Shown in pieces: positions 19,963-30,565 of a stretch of DNA of 64,000 bases. The DNA is from Burkholderiales bacterium (lineage in GTDB: Bacteria; Pseudomonadota; Gammaproteobacteria; Burkholderiales; SG8-39). Under the pieces are notes generated by a model that saw only the letters and a program-made list of their open reading frames with translations, made no database searches and had not been told where the DNA came from. Within the stretch, counting starts at the first letter, position 1, and every line of letters begins with the position of its first letter. The stretch is from assembly GCA_036381055.1 (NCBI GenBank), contig DASVDO010000006.1, forward strand, positions 11,780 to 75,779, in the 5' to 3' direction. The position numbers and the translations under genes are program-made.

Positions 19963-21428
19963 CCGACCGGCAGGCGCGCCAGCGCGAGGTCGCCGCCGCG
20001 CTGCGCGCCTTCCTGCCGGCGCGCGCGGTGCTCTGGGAGGAGGAAGACACCCGGCCCTACGAGTGCGACGGGCTGACCGCCTACCGCCAGCTGCCGATGG
20101 TCGTGGCGCTGCCCGAGAGCGAGGCGCAGGTGCAGCGCATCCTGCGCACCTGCGCCGCGATGGGCGTGCCGGTCGTGCCGCGCGGCGCCGGCACCGGCCT
20201 GTCCGGCGGCGCGCTGCCCGCGGGCGACGGCGTGCTGCTGTCGATGGCCAAGTTCATGCGCGTGCTGCGCGTCGACCCGCTCGCGCGCCTCGCGGTGGTG
20301 CAGCCCGGCGTGCGCAACGCGGCGATCTCGGAGGCGGCCGCGCCGCACGGCCTGTACTACGCGCCCGATCCGTCGAGCCAGATCGCCTGCACCATCGGCG
20401 GCAACGTCGCCGAGAACTCGGGCGGCGTGCATTGCCTGAAGTACGGGCTCACCGTGCACAACGTGCTCGCCTTGCGCGGCTTCACCGCCGAGGGCGAGCC
20501 GATCGCGCTCGGCTCGGCGGCGCCCGACGCGCCGGGCTACGACCTGCTCGCGCTCGCCATCGGCTCGGAAGGCATGCTGCTGGTGGTCACCGAGGTGACG
20601 GTGAAGCTGTTGCCCCGGCCGCAGTGCGCACGCGTCGTGATGGCCTCCTTCGACGAGGTGGAAAAGGCCGGCGCCGCGGTCGCCGCCGTGATCGGCGCGG
20701 GCATCATCCCGGCCGGGCTGGAGATGATGGACCGCCCGGCGACGCGCGCGGCCGAGGAGTTCGTGCGCGCGGGCTACGACACCGAGGCGGCGGCGATCCT
20801 GCTCTGCGAGTCCGACGGCACGCCCGAGGAGGTCGAGCACGAGATCGCGCGCGTCCGGCAGGTGCTCGAGGCGGCGGGCGCGTCGCGCCTCACCGTGTCG
20901 CGCGACGAGGCCGAGCGGCTGCGCTTCTGGTCGGGGCGCAAGGCGGCGTTCCCGGCGGTCGGGCGGCTCTCGCCCGACTATTACTGCATGGACGGCACGA
21001 TCCCGCGCCGGCGCCTGGGCGAGGTGCTGCGCTTCATCGGCGAGCTGGAGAAGAAGTACGGCCTGCGCTGCCCGAACGTGTTCCACGCGGGCGACGGCAA
21101 CCTGCATCCGCTGATCCTGTTCGACGCGGCCAAGCCCGACGAGCTCGAGCGCACCGAGCGCTTCGCCGCCGAGGTGCTCGAGAAGTGCGTCGCGGTCGGC
21201 GGCACGATCACCGGCGAGCACGGCGTGGGCGTGGAGAAGATCAACCAGATGTGCACGCAGTTCGGCGACGCCGAGCTCGAGACGTTCTTCGCCGTGAAGC
21301 GCGCGTTCGACCCGCGCGGCCTGCTCAACCCGGGCAAGGCGGTGCCGACGCTCGCGCGCTGCGCCGAGTACGGCCGCATGCACGTGCGCGGCGGCCGGCT
21401 GCCGCACCCGGAGCTCGCGCGCTTTTGA
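19938..21428 (+). CDS. glcD: glycolate oxidase subunit GlcD
   Basis: FAD-binding PCMH domain (VVPRGAGTGLSGGA) and a C-terminal GEHGVG motif. The GTG start overlaps the end of hyi. Confidence 0.9.
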   Translation: MGEALPALADRQARQREVAAALRAFLPARAVLWEEEDTRPYECDGLTAYRQLPMVVALPESEAQVQRILRTCAAMGVPVVPRGAGTGLSGGALPAGDGVLLSMAKFMRVLRVDPLARLAVVQPGVRNAAISEAAAPHGLYYAPDPSSQIACTIGGNVAENSGGVHCLKYGLTVHNVLALRGFTAEGEPIALGSAAPDAPGYDLLALAIGSEGMLLVVTEVTVKLLPRPQCARVVMASFDEVEKAGAAVAAVIGAGIIPAGLEMMDRPATRAAEEFVRAGYDTEAAAILLCESDGTPEEVEHEIARVRQVLEAAGASRLTVSRDEAERLRFWSGRKAAFPAVGRLSPDYYCMDGTIPRRRLGEVLRFIGELEKKYGLRCPNVFHAGDGNLHPLILFDAAKPDELERTERFAAEVLEKCVAVGGTITGEHGVGVEKINQMCTQFGDAELETFFAVKRAFDPRGLLNPGKAVPTLARCAEYGRMHVRGGRLPHPELARF

Positions 21429-22474
21429 GCCTGGCGCTCTTCCGCGACGTGATCCGCGACGCGGCGGCGCGCCGCGCGCCGCTGCGGCTGCGCGGCGGCG
21501 GCAGCAAGGATTTCTTCGGCAACCCGCCGCGCGGCGAGCTGCTCGACACGCGCGCCTACGCGGGCGTGGTCGCCTACGAGCCGGCCGAGCTGGTGCTCAC
21601 CGCGCGCTGCGGCACGCCGCTCGCCGAAGTGGAGCGGCTGCTCGACGCCGAGGGGCAGTGCCTGCCGTTCGAGCCGCCGCATTTCGGCGCCGCGACCTTC
21701 GGCGGCTGCATCGCCGCGGGGCTGTCCGGGCCGCGCCGCGCCGCCGCCGGCGCGCTGCGCGACTTCGTGCTCGGCGTGAAGCTGATCGACGGCCGGGCGC
21801 GCGAGCTCGCCTTCGGCGGGCGGGTGATGAAGAACGTCGCCGGCTACGACGTGTCGCGCCTGGCGGTCGGCTCGCTCGGCACGCTGGGCCTGATCGCCGA
21901 GGCGTCGCTCAAGGTGCTGCCCAAGCCGGAGCACGAGGTGACGCTCGCGCTGGCGCTCGGCGAGGCGCAGGCGATCGAGGCGGTGAATCGCTGGGCCGGC
22001 CAGCCGCTGCCGCTCTCGGCGAGCGCCTGGCACGACGGCGTGCTGCGCCTGCGCCTGTCGGGCGCCGAGCCCGCGGTGCGCGCCGCCGCCGGCCGCCTCG
22101 GCGGCGAGACGCTCGCCGAGGCGGGCGCTTTCTGGCAGGGCGTGCGCGAGCATGCCGACCCGTTCTTCGCCGGGCCGCAGCCGCTGTGGCGGCTCGCCGT
22201 GCCCTCGGCCACGCCGCCGCTCGCGCTCGCCGGCCGGCAGATGATCGAGTGGGGCGGCGCGCAGCGCTGGCTGAAGAGCGATGCGCCGGCGCAGGAGATC
22301 CGCGAGGCGGCGCAGCGCGCCGGCGGCCATGCGACGCTCTTTCGCGCCGCCGACAAGTCGGCGGGCGCTTTCGCGCCGCTCGACGCGGTGCTGGCGCGGC
22401 TGCACCGCGCGCTGAAAGCAGAGTTCGACCCGGCGGGCATCCTCAATCCCGGCCGGCTCTATGCCGAGCTCTAG
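21425..22474 (+). CDS. glcE: glycolate oxidase FAD-binding subunit GlcE
   Basis: RLRGGGSKDF..., NVAGYD and NPGR motifs. TTG 21425 overlaps the glcD stop; the start is uncertain. Confidence 0.85.
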   Translation: MSLALFRDVIRDAAARRAPLRLRGGGSKDFFGNPPRGELLDTRAYAGVVAYEPAELVLTARCGTPLAEVERLLDAEGQCLPFEPPHFGAATFGGCIAAGLSGPRRAAAGALRDFVLGVKLIDGRARELAFGGRVMKNVAGYDVSRLAVGSLGTLGLIAEASLKVLPKPEHEVTLALALGEAQAIEAVNRWAGQPLPLSASAWHDGVLRLRLSGAEPAVRAAAGRLGGETLAEAGAFWQGVREHADPFFAGPQPLWRLAVPSATPPLALAGRQMIEWGGAQRWLKSDAPAQEIREAAQRAGGHATLFRAADKSAGAFAPLDAVLARLHRALKAEFDPAGILNPGRLYAEL

Positions 22475-22833
22475 GCTTTCGCGAGCTTGGTCTTCTGCTC
22501 GGCGACCGCCGCGCGCGCCTGCGCGGCAAGCGGGCTTTGCGGGAAGCGCGACAGCAGCCGCGCGTAGAGCTGGATCGCCAGCACCGGCTCGCCGGCCTGC
22601 GCGGTCTTCGCCGCGGCATCGAACAGCAGCCGCTCCTGCGGCGCTTCCTTCGGCGCGCCGCCGGCCGGCGCCGCGGCCGCGGGCGCGCTCGACATCTTCG
22701 CCTGCGCGAGCAGCGTCGCCATGCGCGCCTCGGAGGCGCGGCTGCGCTCGTCCCATTGCCGCAGCGCGCGCCGCACCAGGTAGACGAGCCCCGCGGCGAT
22801 GAGGATGGCGAGCAGCCAGGCGACCAGCTTCAT
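22471..22833 (-). CDS. small N-terminally anchored membrane protein with an Ala-rich helical tail
   Basis: MKLVAWLLAILIAAGLVYLVRR TM anchor. Third positions are very G/C-rich in this frame only. It fills the glcE-glcF gap on the opposite strand. Confidence 0.6.
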   Translation of the reverse strand: MKLVAWLLAILIAAGLVYLVRRALRQWDERSRASEARMATLLAQAKMSSAPAAAAPAGGAPKEAPQERLLFDAAAKTAQAGEPVLAIQLYARLLSRFPQSPLAAQARAAVAEQKTKLAKA

Positions 22834-22848
22834 GCGAAGAGTATAGCC

Positions 22849-24063
22849 ATGCACGCCGAGCTGGCCGATTTCATACGCCACAGCCGCGAGGGCGCCGAAG
22901 CCGAGGCGATCCTGCGCAAGTGCGTGCACTGTGGCTTTTGCACGGCCACCTGCCCGAGCTACCAGGTGCTGGGCGACGACCTCGACAGCCCGCGCGGCCG
23001 CATCTACCTGATGAAGCGCATGCTGGAAGGCGCGCCGGTCAGCGCCCGCACCCGGCTGCACCTGGACCGTTGCCTGACCTGCCGCGCCTGCGAGACCACC
23101 TGCCCGTCGGGCGTGCGCTACGGCCGCCTGGTCGACATCGGGCGCGCGGTCGTCGAGGCGAAGACGCGCCGCAGCGCGCTCGACCGGCTGCGGCGCACGC
23201 TCCTCGCCTGGGTCCTGCCGCACAGCGCCCGTTTCGGCGTCTTGCTCGCGCTCGGCCGGGCGCTGCGGCCGCTGCTGCCGCGCGCGCTGCGCGAGAAGAT
23301 CGTCGCGGCGGGAAAGCCCGGCCCGTGGCCGGCGCCGCGCCACGCGCGCCGCATGCTGGTGCTGCGCGGCTGCGTGCAGCCGGCGCTCGCGCCGTCGATC
23401 AACGCCGCCGCGGCGCGCGTGCTCGACCGGGCGGGCATCTCGCTCGTCGAGACGCCGCCCGGCTGCTGCGGCGCGCTGCGCTTCCACCTGAACGACCAGG
23501 AAGGCGGGCGCGACGACATGCGCGCGCGCATCGACGACTGGTGGCCGATGATCGAGCGCGGCGAGGTGGAGGCGATCGTCATGACCGCGAGCGGCTGCGG
23601 CGTCACGGTGAAGGAGTACGGCGAGCACCTGGCGGGCGACGCGCGCTACGCGGAGAAGGCGGCGCGCGTCGCCGCGCTGACGCGCGACCTGAGCGAGGTC
23701 CTTGCGCCCGGCGCCGCGACAGCGGGCAGGGTCCGGGCGGGCAAGGTCGCTTTCCAGTCGCCGTGCACGTTGCAGCACGGCCAGCGCCTGCGCGGCCGGG
23801 TCGAGGAGATCCTGCGCGGCGCGGGCTACGAGCTGACGCCGGTCGACGAGGCGCATCTCTGCTGCGGCTCGGCGGGCACCTATTCGCTGCTGCAGCCGGC
23901 GATCGCGCAGGCGCTGCGGCGGCGCAAGCTCGCGGCGCTCGAGGCGGGCGCGCCCGAGGTCATCGCCACCGCGAACATCGGCTGCCTGGCGCACCTGCAG
24001 GGCGCGACGGCGCGCCCGGTGCGGCACTGGATCGAGCTGCTGGACGTAGAATCGCCCGCATGA
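22849..24063 (+). CDS. glcF: glycolate oxidase iron-sulfur subunit GlcF
   Basis: Two cluster motifs, CVHCGFCTATCP and CLTCRACETTCP, plus CCG-type C-terminal repeats. It aligns with E. coli GlcF from residue 1. Confidence 0.9.
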   Translation: MHAELADFIRHSREGAEAEAILRKCVHCGFCTATCPSYQVLGDDLDSPRGRIYLMKRMLEGAPVSARTRLHLDRCLTCRACETTCPSGVRYGRLVDIGRAVVEAKTRRSALDRLRRTLLAWVLPHSARFGVLLALGRALRPLLPRALREKIVAAGKPGPWPAPRHARRMLVLRGCVQPALAPSINAAAARVLDRAGISLVETPPGCCGALRFHLNDQEGGRDDMRARIDDWWPMIERGEVEAIVMTASGCGVTVKEYGEHLAGDARYAEKAARVAALTRDLSEVLAPGAATAGRVRAGKVAFQSPCTLQHGQRLRGRVEEILRGAGYELTPVDEAHLCCGSAGTYSLLQPAIAQALRRRKLAALEAGAPEVIATANIGCLAHLQGATARPVRHWIELLDVESPA

Positions 24064-26108
24064 GCGAAACCGTCGTCCGCAGCGCGTGTCCGCACGACTG
24101 CCCGGACACCTGCGCGATGCTGGTGACGGTCGAGGACGGGGTGGCGAAACGGATCGCGGGCGACCCCTCGATGCCGTTCACCGACGGGACGCTGTGTACC
24201 AAGGTGGCGCACTACCTCGAGCGCACCTATTCGCCCGACCGGCTGCGCCATCCGCTGAAGCGCGTCGGGCGAAAGGGCGAGGGCCGCTTCGCGCGCGTGA
24301 GCTGGGACGAGGCGCTGGACGAGATCGCGGCGCGCCTGAAGCGCCTCGCCGCCGAGGATCCGCAGACCATCCTGCCGTGCAGCTACGCCGGCACCATGGG
24401 CATGGTGCAGTGGAGCTCGATGGACCGGCGCTTCTTCCACAAGCTCGGCGCCTCGATCCTCGACCGCACGCTCTGCTCGGTCGCCGGCAAGGCGGGCGTG
24501 CAGGCGACGCTCGGCGCCTCGGTGGGCATGGACCCCGAGCGCTTCGACGAGGCGCGGCTCGTGATCCTGTGGGGCGCGAACCCGGTGGTCTCCAACCTGC
24601 ACCTCTGGTCGCGCGTGCAGGCGGCGAAGCGCGAGGGCGCGAAGGTCGTCGCCATCGATCCGTACCGCAGCCTCACGGCCGAGAAATGCACGCAGCACGT
24701 CGCGCTGATGCCGGGCAGCGACGGCGCGCTGGCGCTCGGCATGATGCACGTCCTCATCCGCGACAATCTCGTCGACCGCGACTACCTCGATCGCTACACC
24801 GTGGGATATGAGCGGTTGCGCGAAAGAGTCCTGAAAGAATATTCGCCCGACCGGGTCGCGCATATCTGCGGCATCCCGGCCGAGACGGTGGTGCAGCTCG
24901 CGCGCGACTACGGCACGATCAAGCCCGCGGCGATACGCCTGAACTACGGCATGCAGCGCCACGCGGGCGGCGGCATCGCCGCGCGCACCATCGCCTGCCT
25001 GCCGGCGCTGGTCGGCGCCTGGCGCGACGCCGCGGGCGGCGTGGTGCTCAGCACCGCCGGCTTCTACCGCTTCGACCATGCGGCGCTCGAGCGCCCCGAT
25101 CTGCTCGCCGGGCGCCGGCCGCGCGTCGTCAACCACGCGGCGCTCGGCGACGCGCTCACCTCGGCCGAGCCGCCGGTGCGCGCGCTCGTCGTCTACAACA
25201 ACAACCCGGTGGCGGTGTGCCCGGAGTCGGACAAGGTGATCGCCGGGTTCTCGCGCGAGGACCTGTTCACCGTGGTGATCGACCATTTCCAGACCGACAC
25301 CGCCGACTACGCCGACTTCGTGCTGCCGGCGACCACGCAGCTCGAGCATGTCGACGTGCACAAGTCCTACGGCCACCTGTACGCGCTCGCCAACAACGCG
25401 GCGATCGCGCCGGTGGGAGAGTCGCTGCCGAACTCGGAGATCTTCCGCCGGCTCGCCGCGCGCATGGGGTTCGAGGAGGCGTGCTTCCGCGACTCCGACG
25501 AGGACCTCTGCCGCACCGCGCTCGCCGGCCATATCGACTGGGAGCGGCTGAAGGCCGAAGGCTGGCAGCGCCTGGATCTGCCCGGGCGCTTCGCGCCTTT
25601 CGCACAGGGCGGCTTCCCCACGCCGTCGGGCAAGTGCGAGCTCTACAGCGAGTGGCTGGAGAAGCAGGGCGTCGACCCGCTGCCGTTCTACAACCCGCCC
25701 GCGGAGATCGCCGACGAGCGCCTCGCCGAGCGCTATCCGCTCGCCTTCCTGTCGCCCCCGGCGCGCCACTTCCTCAACTCGACCTTCGCCAACCTGGCGC
25801 GCTTCCGCGCGTTCGAGCGCGAGCCGCATCTCGACATGCATCCCGAGGACGCGGCGCCGCGCGGCATTCGCGACGGCGACCGGGTGCGCGTGTTCAACGC
25901 GCGCGGCGGCTACACGCTGCGCGCGCGGGTGAACGGCAAGCCGCGCCCCGGGGTGGTGGTCGCGCCCTCGGTGTGGTGGAAGAAGCACGCGCCGGACGGG
26001 CGCAACGCGAACGACGTCACCTCGCAGCGCACCACCGACCTCGGCGGCGGCGCCACCTTCTACGATTGCCGGGTCCAGGTCGCGCGTGTGGCCGCGCCTG
26101 CGGCCTGA
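24060..26108 (+). CDS. cytoplasmic molybdopterin (bis-MGD) oxidoreductase family protein, substrate unknown
   Basis: N-terminal CPHDCPDTC..C Fe-S motif and no signal peptide. It has a MopB-like body and a C-terminal beta-barrel (DGDRVRVFN). ATGA overlap with glcF. Confidence 0.85.
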   Translation: MSETVVRSACPHDCPDTCAMLVTVEDGVAKRIAGDPSMPFTDGTLCTKVAHYLERTYSPDRLRHPLKRVGRKGEGRFARVSWDEALDEIAARLKRLAAEDPQTILPCSYAGTMGMVQWSSMDRRFFHKLGASILDRTLCSVAGKAGVQATLGASVGMDPERFDEARLVILWGANPVVSNLHLWSRVQAAKREGAKVVAIDPYRSLTAEKCTQHVALMPGSDGALALGMMHVLIRDNLVDRDYLDRYTVGYERLRERVLKEYSPDRVAHICGIPAETVVQLARDYGTIKPAAIRLNYGMQRHAGGGIAARTIACLPALVGAWRDAAGGVVLSTAGFYRFDHAALERPDLLAGRRPRVVNHAALGDALTSAEPPVRALVVYNNNPVAVCPESDKVIAGFSREDLFTVVIDHFQTDTADYADFVLPATTQLEHVDVHKSYGHLYALANNAAIAPVGESLPNSEIFRRLAARMGFEEACFRDSDEDLCRTALAGHIDWERLKAEGWQRLDLPGRFAPFAQGGFPTPSGKCELYSEWLEKQGVDPLPFYNPPAEIADERLAERYPLAFLSPPARHFLNSTFANLARFRAFEREPHLDMHPEDAAPRGIRDGDRVRVFNARGGYTLRARVNGKPRPGVVVAPSVWWKKHAPDGRNANDVTSQRTTDLGGGATFYDCRVQVARVAAPAA

Positions 26109-27558
26109 GCGGTTGCTCGTCCTCGCGCTGGCGCTCGCCGGCGCGGCGCACGCCGCGGCGCCGACGGTGGGCTCGAAGCGCTTCACCGAGTCCTACATCC
26201 TCGGCGAGATCGTGGCGCGCACGGTGCACGGCGAGCACCGCCCGGGGCTGGGCAGCACCGGCATCGTCTTCGAGGCGCTCAAGGCGGGCGCGATCGACGT
26301 GTACCCGGAGTACACCGGCACGCTGGCGCGCGAGATCCTCGGCCTGCCGGGCCGGCCGACGCTGGTCGAGCTCGACCGCGCGCTCGCCGCGCAGGGCCTC
26401 GCCGTCGGCATCCCGCTCGGCTTCAACAACAGCTACGCGATCGCGATGCGCGAAGCGCGCGCCGCGGCGCTCGGCATCGAAAAGCTCTCGGATCTCGCCG
26501 CGCACCCGCAGCTCAAGCTCGGCCTGTCGCCCGAGTTCACCGCGCGCGCCGACGGCTGGCCGGCGCTGCGCGCCGCCTACGGGCTGCCGCAGCAGCCGGT
26601 GCCGCTCGAGCACGGGCTCGCCTACGAGGCGATCGCCGAGGGCGCGATCGACGCGATGGACGTCTACACCACCGACGCCAAGATCGCGCGCTACGGGCTG
26701 CGCGTGCTCGCCGACGACCGGCGGTTCTTCCCGCGCTACGACGCCGTGCTCGTCTACCGGCGCGACCTGCCCCGGCGCTTCCCCGGCGCGCTCGAGCGCC
26801 TGAAGACGCTCGAGGGGCGCGTCGACGAGGCGACGATGATGCGCATGAACGCCGCGGCCGAGCTCGAGGGCCGCAGCTTCGCGCAGGCCGCGTCGCTGTT
26901 CCTCGAGCGGGATGCCGGCGCGGCCGGCGAGCGGCGCTTCCTGCAGGTGCTGCTCGGCCCCGACTTCGGCCGCCTGACGGCCGAGCACCTCGCGCTGGTC
27001 GCCGGCTCGCTCGCCGCGGCGATCGCGCTCGGGCTGCCGCTCGGCATCGCGGCCGCGCGGCGGCCGCGCGCCGGGCAGGCGATCCTCGCCGCGGTGGGCG
27101 TGATCCAGACCATCCCGTCGCTCGCGCTGTTCGCTTTCCTGATCGCGGCGCTCGGGCGGATCGGCGCGTTGCCGGCGCTGATCGCGCTGTTCCTGTACGC
27201 GCTGCTGCCCATCGTGCGCAACACGCAGGCGGGCATCGCCGCCGCGGGCAGGGGACTCGCGCAGGCGGCCGCGGCGCTCGGGCTGACGGCGCGCCAGATC
27301 CTGCTGCGCATCGAGCTGCCGCTCGCCGCGCCGTCGATCCTGGCCGGCATCAAGACCTCGGCGGTGGTCAACGTCGGCACCGCGACCATCGCCGCGTTCA
27401 TCGGCGCCGGCGGCTACGGCGAGCGCATCGCCGCGGGCCTCGCGCTGAACGACGCGGCGATGCTGCTCGCCGGCGCGGTGCCGGCGGCGGCGCTCGCGCT
27501 GCTCGTGCAGGCGGCCTTCGAGCTCGGCGAGCGGCGGCTGCGCTGGCTGCCACGGTAA
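26086..27558 (+). CDS. fused ABC-transporter substrate-binding/permease protein (glycine betaine/choline OpuC-like)
   Basis: Signal peptide, then a binding domain ([14 protein letters not shown]...) and a C-terminal permease domain with about 6 TM helices. Confidence 0.8.
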   Translation: MWPRLRPERLLVLALALAGAAHAAAPTVGSKRFTESYILGEIVARTVHGEHRPGLGSTGIVFEALKAGAIDVYPEYTGTLAREILGLPGRPTLVELDRALAAQGLAVGIPLGFNNSYAIAMREARAAALGIEKLSDLAAHPQLKLGLSPEFTARADGWPALRAAYGLPQQPVPLEHGLAYEAIAEGAIDAMDVYTTDAKIARYGLRVLADDRRFFPRYDAVLVYRRDLPRRFPGALERLKTLEGRVDEATMMRMNAAAELEGRSFAQAASLFLERDAGAAGERRFLQVLLGPDFGRLTAEHLALVAGSLAAAIALGLPLGIAAARRPRAGQAILAAVGVIQTIPSLALFAFLIAALGRIGALPALIALFLYALLPIVRNTQAGIAAAGRGLAQAAAALGLTARQILLRIELPLAAPSILAGIKTSAVVNVGTATIAAFIGAGGYGERIAAGLALNDAAMLLAGAVPAAALALLVQAAFELGERRLRWLPR

Positions 27559-27584
27559 AATTCCGGCCCATCCGGGGAGATCCC

Positions 27585-29153
27585 ATGTCGCAGCTCATAG
27601 GAGTGCCGCGCGAGACCGCGGCCGGAGAGAAGCGCGTTGCCACCGTTCCCGAGGTGGTCGAGAAGCTCGTCCGGCTGGGCTTTCGCGTCGCCGTCGAAGC
27701 GGGCGCCGGCGAGCCCGCCAACTTCTCCGACGACGCCTACCGCGCCGCCGGCGCCGAGATCGTGCCGCAGGTCTGGGACAAGGCGGACGTAATCTTCAAG
27801 GTGCGCGCGCCGAGCCTCGCCGAGGTCGCGCTCGTGCGCCCGGGCGCCACGCTGGTGAGCTTCATCTGGCCGGCGCAGAACCCCGAGCTGATGAGCGCCC
27901 TGGCCGCGAAGCGGCTCACCGTGCTCGCCATGGACAGCGTGCCGCGCATCTCGCGCGCGCAGAAGCTCGACGCGCTGTCCTCGATGGCCAACATCGCCGG
28001 CTACCGCGCGGTGATCGAGGCGGCGCACCACTTCGGCCGCTTCTTCACCGGGCAGATCACCGCCGCCGGCAAGGTGCCGCCGGCCAAGGTGTTCGTGATC
28101 GGCGCGGGCGTGGCCGGCCTGGCGGCGATCGGCGCCGCCTCCGGGCTGGGCGCGATCGTGCGCGCCAACGACACCCGCCCCGAGGTCGCCGACCAGGTGA
28201 AGTCGATGGGCGCCGAGTTCGTCGGCGTCGACTACCAGGAAGAGGGCACGGGCGCCGGCGGCTACGCCAAGGTGATGAGCGAGGGCTACCAGCGCGCGCA
28301 GCGCGCGGTGTTCGCCGAGCAGGCGAAGGACGTGGACATCATCATCACCACGGCGCTCATCCCCGGCAAGCCGGCGCCGAAGCTGATCACCGCGGACATG
28401 GTGGCGTCGATGAAGCCGGGCAGCGTGATCGTCGACCTCGCCGCCGAGCAGGGCGGCAACTGCGAGCTCACCGAGCCGGGCAAGGTGGTGGTGAAGCACG
28501 GCGTCACGGTGATCGGCTACACCGACCTGCCGAGCCGGCTCGCCCGGCAGTCGAGCACCCTCTACGCGACCAACCTGCTGCGGCTCACCGAGGAGCTGTG
28601 CAAGGCGAAGGACGGCGCGATCGTCGTCAACATGGACGACGAGGTGATCCGCGGCACCACGGTGATCAAGGAAGGCACGGTGACCTGGCCGCCGCCGCCG
28701 CCCAGGCTCAGCGCCGCGCCGGCCAAGCCGCCCGCCAAGCCCGCGGCGCAGAAGAAGACCGAGGGCCACGGCGCCGCGGCGCCCGCTTCGGGGCGCGCCA
28801 CGACGATCGTGTTCCTCGCCGCGGCGGCGCTGTTCTGGTTCATCGGCGCCTATGCGCCGCCGGCCTTCCTCGGCCACTTCACCGTGTTCGTGCTGGCCTG
28901 CTTCGTCGGCTACATGGTGATCTGGAACGTCACGCCGGCGCTGCACACGCCGCTCATGAGCGTCACCAACGCCATTTCCAGCATCATCGCCATCGGCGCG
29001 CTGGTGCAGGTGGCGCCGCCCCTCGAGGGCGCCCAGGCCAGGCCGGCCGGCTGGATCCTCGGCCTCGCCGTGGCGAGCATCGCGCTGGTGGCGATCAACA
29101 TGTTCGGCGGCTTCGCCGTCACGCAGCGCATGCTGCAGATGTTCCGCAAATGA
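27585..29153 (+). CDS. pntA: NAD(P) transhydrogenase subunit alpha
   Basis: AlaDH/PNT N-domain, [14 protein letters not shown]-binding motif, and a C-terminal block of four TM helices. Confidence 0.95.
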   Translation: MSQLIGVPRETAAGEKRVATVPEVVEKLVRLGFRVAVEAGAGEPANFSDDAYRAAGAEIVPQVWDKADVIFKVRAPSLAEVALVRPGATLVSFIWPAQNPELMSALAAKRLTVLAMDSVPRISRAQKLDALSSMANIAGYRAVIEAAHHFGRFFTGQITAAGKVPPAKVFVIGAGVAGLAAIGAASGLGAIVRANDTRPEVADQVKSMGAEFVGVDYQEEGTGAGGYAKVMSEGYQRAQRAVFAEQAKDVDIIITTALIPGKPAPKLITADMVASMKPGSVIVDLAAEQGGNCELTEPGKVVVKHGVTVIGYTDLPSRLARQSSTLYATNLLRLTEELCKAKDGAIVVNMDDEVIRGTTVIKEGTVTWPPPPPRLSAAPAKPPAKPAAQKKTEGHGAAAPASGRATTIVFLAAAALFWFIGAYAPPAFLGHFTVFVLACFVGYMVIWNVTPALHTPLMSVTNAISSIIAIGALVQVAPPLEGAQARPAGWILGLAVASIALVAINMFGGFAVTQRMLQMFRK

Positions 29154-30565
29154 TCGCGCCGACCCTCGCCACCGCCGCCTACGTCGGCGCGACGGTGCTG
29201 TTCATCCTGAGCCTGGGCGGCCTGTCGAACCCCGAGACCTCGCGCCGCGGCAACCTGTACGGGATGATCGGCATGACGATCGCCGTGCTCGCCACGGTGC
29301 TCGGCCCGCAGGTCACGCCGGCCGGCTACGGCTGGATCGCCGGCGCGCTCGCCGTCGGCGCGGCGGTCGGCCTGTACGCGGCGCGCGTGGTGAAGATGAC
29401 GCAGATGCCCGAGCTGGTGGCGCTGATGCACAGCCTGGTCGGGCTCGCCGCGGTGCTGATCGGCTACGCCAACTACATCGACCCGGCGGCCACCGCGCAC
29501 TTCCAGGGCGCCGAGCGCACGATCCACGAGATCGAGATCTACGTCGGCGTGCTGATCGGCGCGGTCACCTTCTCCGGCTCGCTGATCGCCTTCGGCAAGC
29601 TCTCGGCGAAGATCACCGGCAAGCCGGTGCTGCTGCCGGCGCGCCACTGGATCAACCTGGCGGGGCTGCTCGCGGTGCTGTGGCTCGCCGGCGGCTTCGT
29701 CGGCGCGCCCTCGAGCACCGAGGGCATGACGCCGCTCGCGGCGATGACGCTGATCGCGCTGCTCTTCGGCGTGCACATGGTGATGGCGATCGGCGGCGCC
29801 GACATGCCGGTGGTGGTGTCGATGCTGAACAGCTACTCGGGCTGGGCCGCGGCGGCGACCGGCTTCATGCTGTCGAACGACCTCTTGATCGTCACCGGCG
29901 CGCTGGTCGGCTCGAGCGGCGCCATCCTCTCCTACATCATGTGCCGCGCCATGAACCGCAACTTCATCGCCGTGATCGCCGGCGGCTTCGGCACCGGCGG
30001 CGGCGCCGCGGCCGCGGCCGGCGCGGCGCCCGCCGGCGAGGTCACGGCCATCTCGGCCGCCGAGACCGCCGAGCTGTTGCGCCAGGCGAAGAACGTGATC
30101 ATCGTGCCGGGCTACGGCATGGCGGTGGCGCAGGCGCAGCACACGGTGTACGAGATCACCCGGCTGCTGCGCGAGAAGGGCGTGAACGTGCGCTTCGGCA
30201 TCCACCCGGTGGCCGGGCGCATGCCCGGCCACATGAACGTGCTGCTCGCCGAGGCGAAGGTGCCGTACGACATCGTGCTGGAGATGGACGAGATCAACGC
30301 CGACTTCCCCGACACCGACGTGGCGATGGTGATCGGCGCGAACGACATCGTCAACCCGGCGGCCCAGGAAGATCCGGCGAGCCCGATCGCCGGCATGCCG
30401 GTGCTCGAGGTGTGGCGCGCCCGCACCTCGATCGTGATGAAGCGCAGCATGGCCTCGGGCTACGCGGGCGTCGACAATCCGCTCTTCTACAAGGAGAACA
30501 ACCGGATGCTGTTCGGCGACGCGAAGAAGATGCTCGACGAAGTGCTCGCGGCGCTGAAGGCGTGA
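29150..30565 (+). CDS. pntB: NAD(P) transhydrogenase subunit beta
   Basis: ATGA overlap with pntA. Multi-TM N-terminal half and an NADP(H)-binding dIII domain ([11 protein letters not shown]). Confidence 0.95.
   Translation: MIAPTLATAAYVGATVLFILSLGGLSNPETSRRGNLYGMIGMTIAVLATVLGPQVTPAGYGWIAGALAVGAAVGLYAARVVKMTQMPELVALMHSLVGLAAVLIGYANYIDPAATAHFQGAERTIHEIEIYVGVLIGAVTFSGSLIAFGKLSAKITGKPVLLPARHWINLAGLLAVLWLAGGFVGAPSSTEGMTPLAAMTLIALLFGVHMVMAIGGADMPVVVSMLNSYSGWAAAATGFMLSNDLLIVTGALVGSSGAILSYIMCRAMNRNFIAVIAGGFGTGGGAAAAAGAAPAGEVTAISAAETAELLRQAKNVIIVPGYGMAVAQAQHTVYEITRLLREKGVNVRFGIHPVAGRMPGHMNVLLAEAKVPYDIVLEMDEINADFPDTDVAMVIGANDIVNPAAQEDPASPIAGMPVLEVWRARTSIVMKRSMASGYAGVDNPLFYKENNRMLFGDAKKMLDEVLAALKA

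Noticed and set aside
24060-26108. Possible selenocysteine (in-frame TGA) in the molybdoenzyme
   Set aside because: The reading frame is uninterrupted and no in-frame TGA is present.
23880-26186. 768-aa ORF antisense to the molybdopterin oxidoreductase. Similar long antisense ORFs include 35402..37114, 54564..56042 and 61715..63472.
   Set aside because: Same GC-driven artefact. The opposite-strand genes have clear family motifs.
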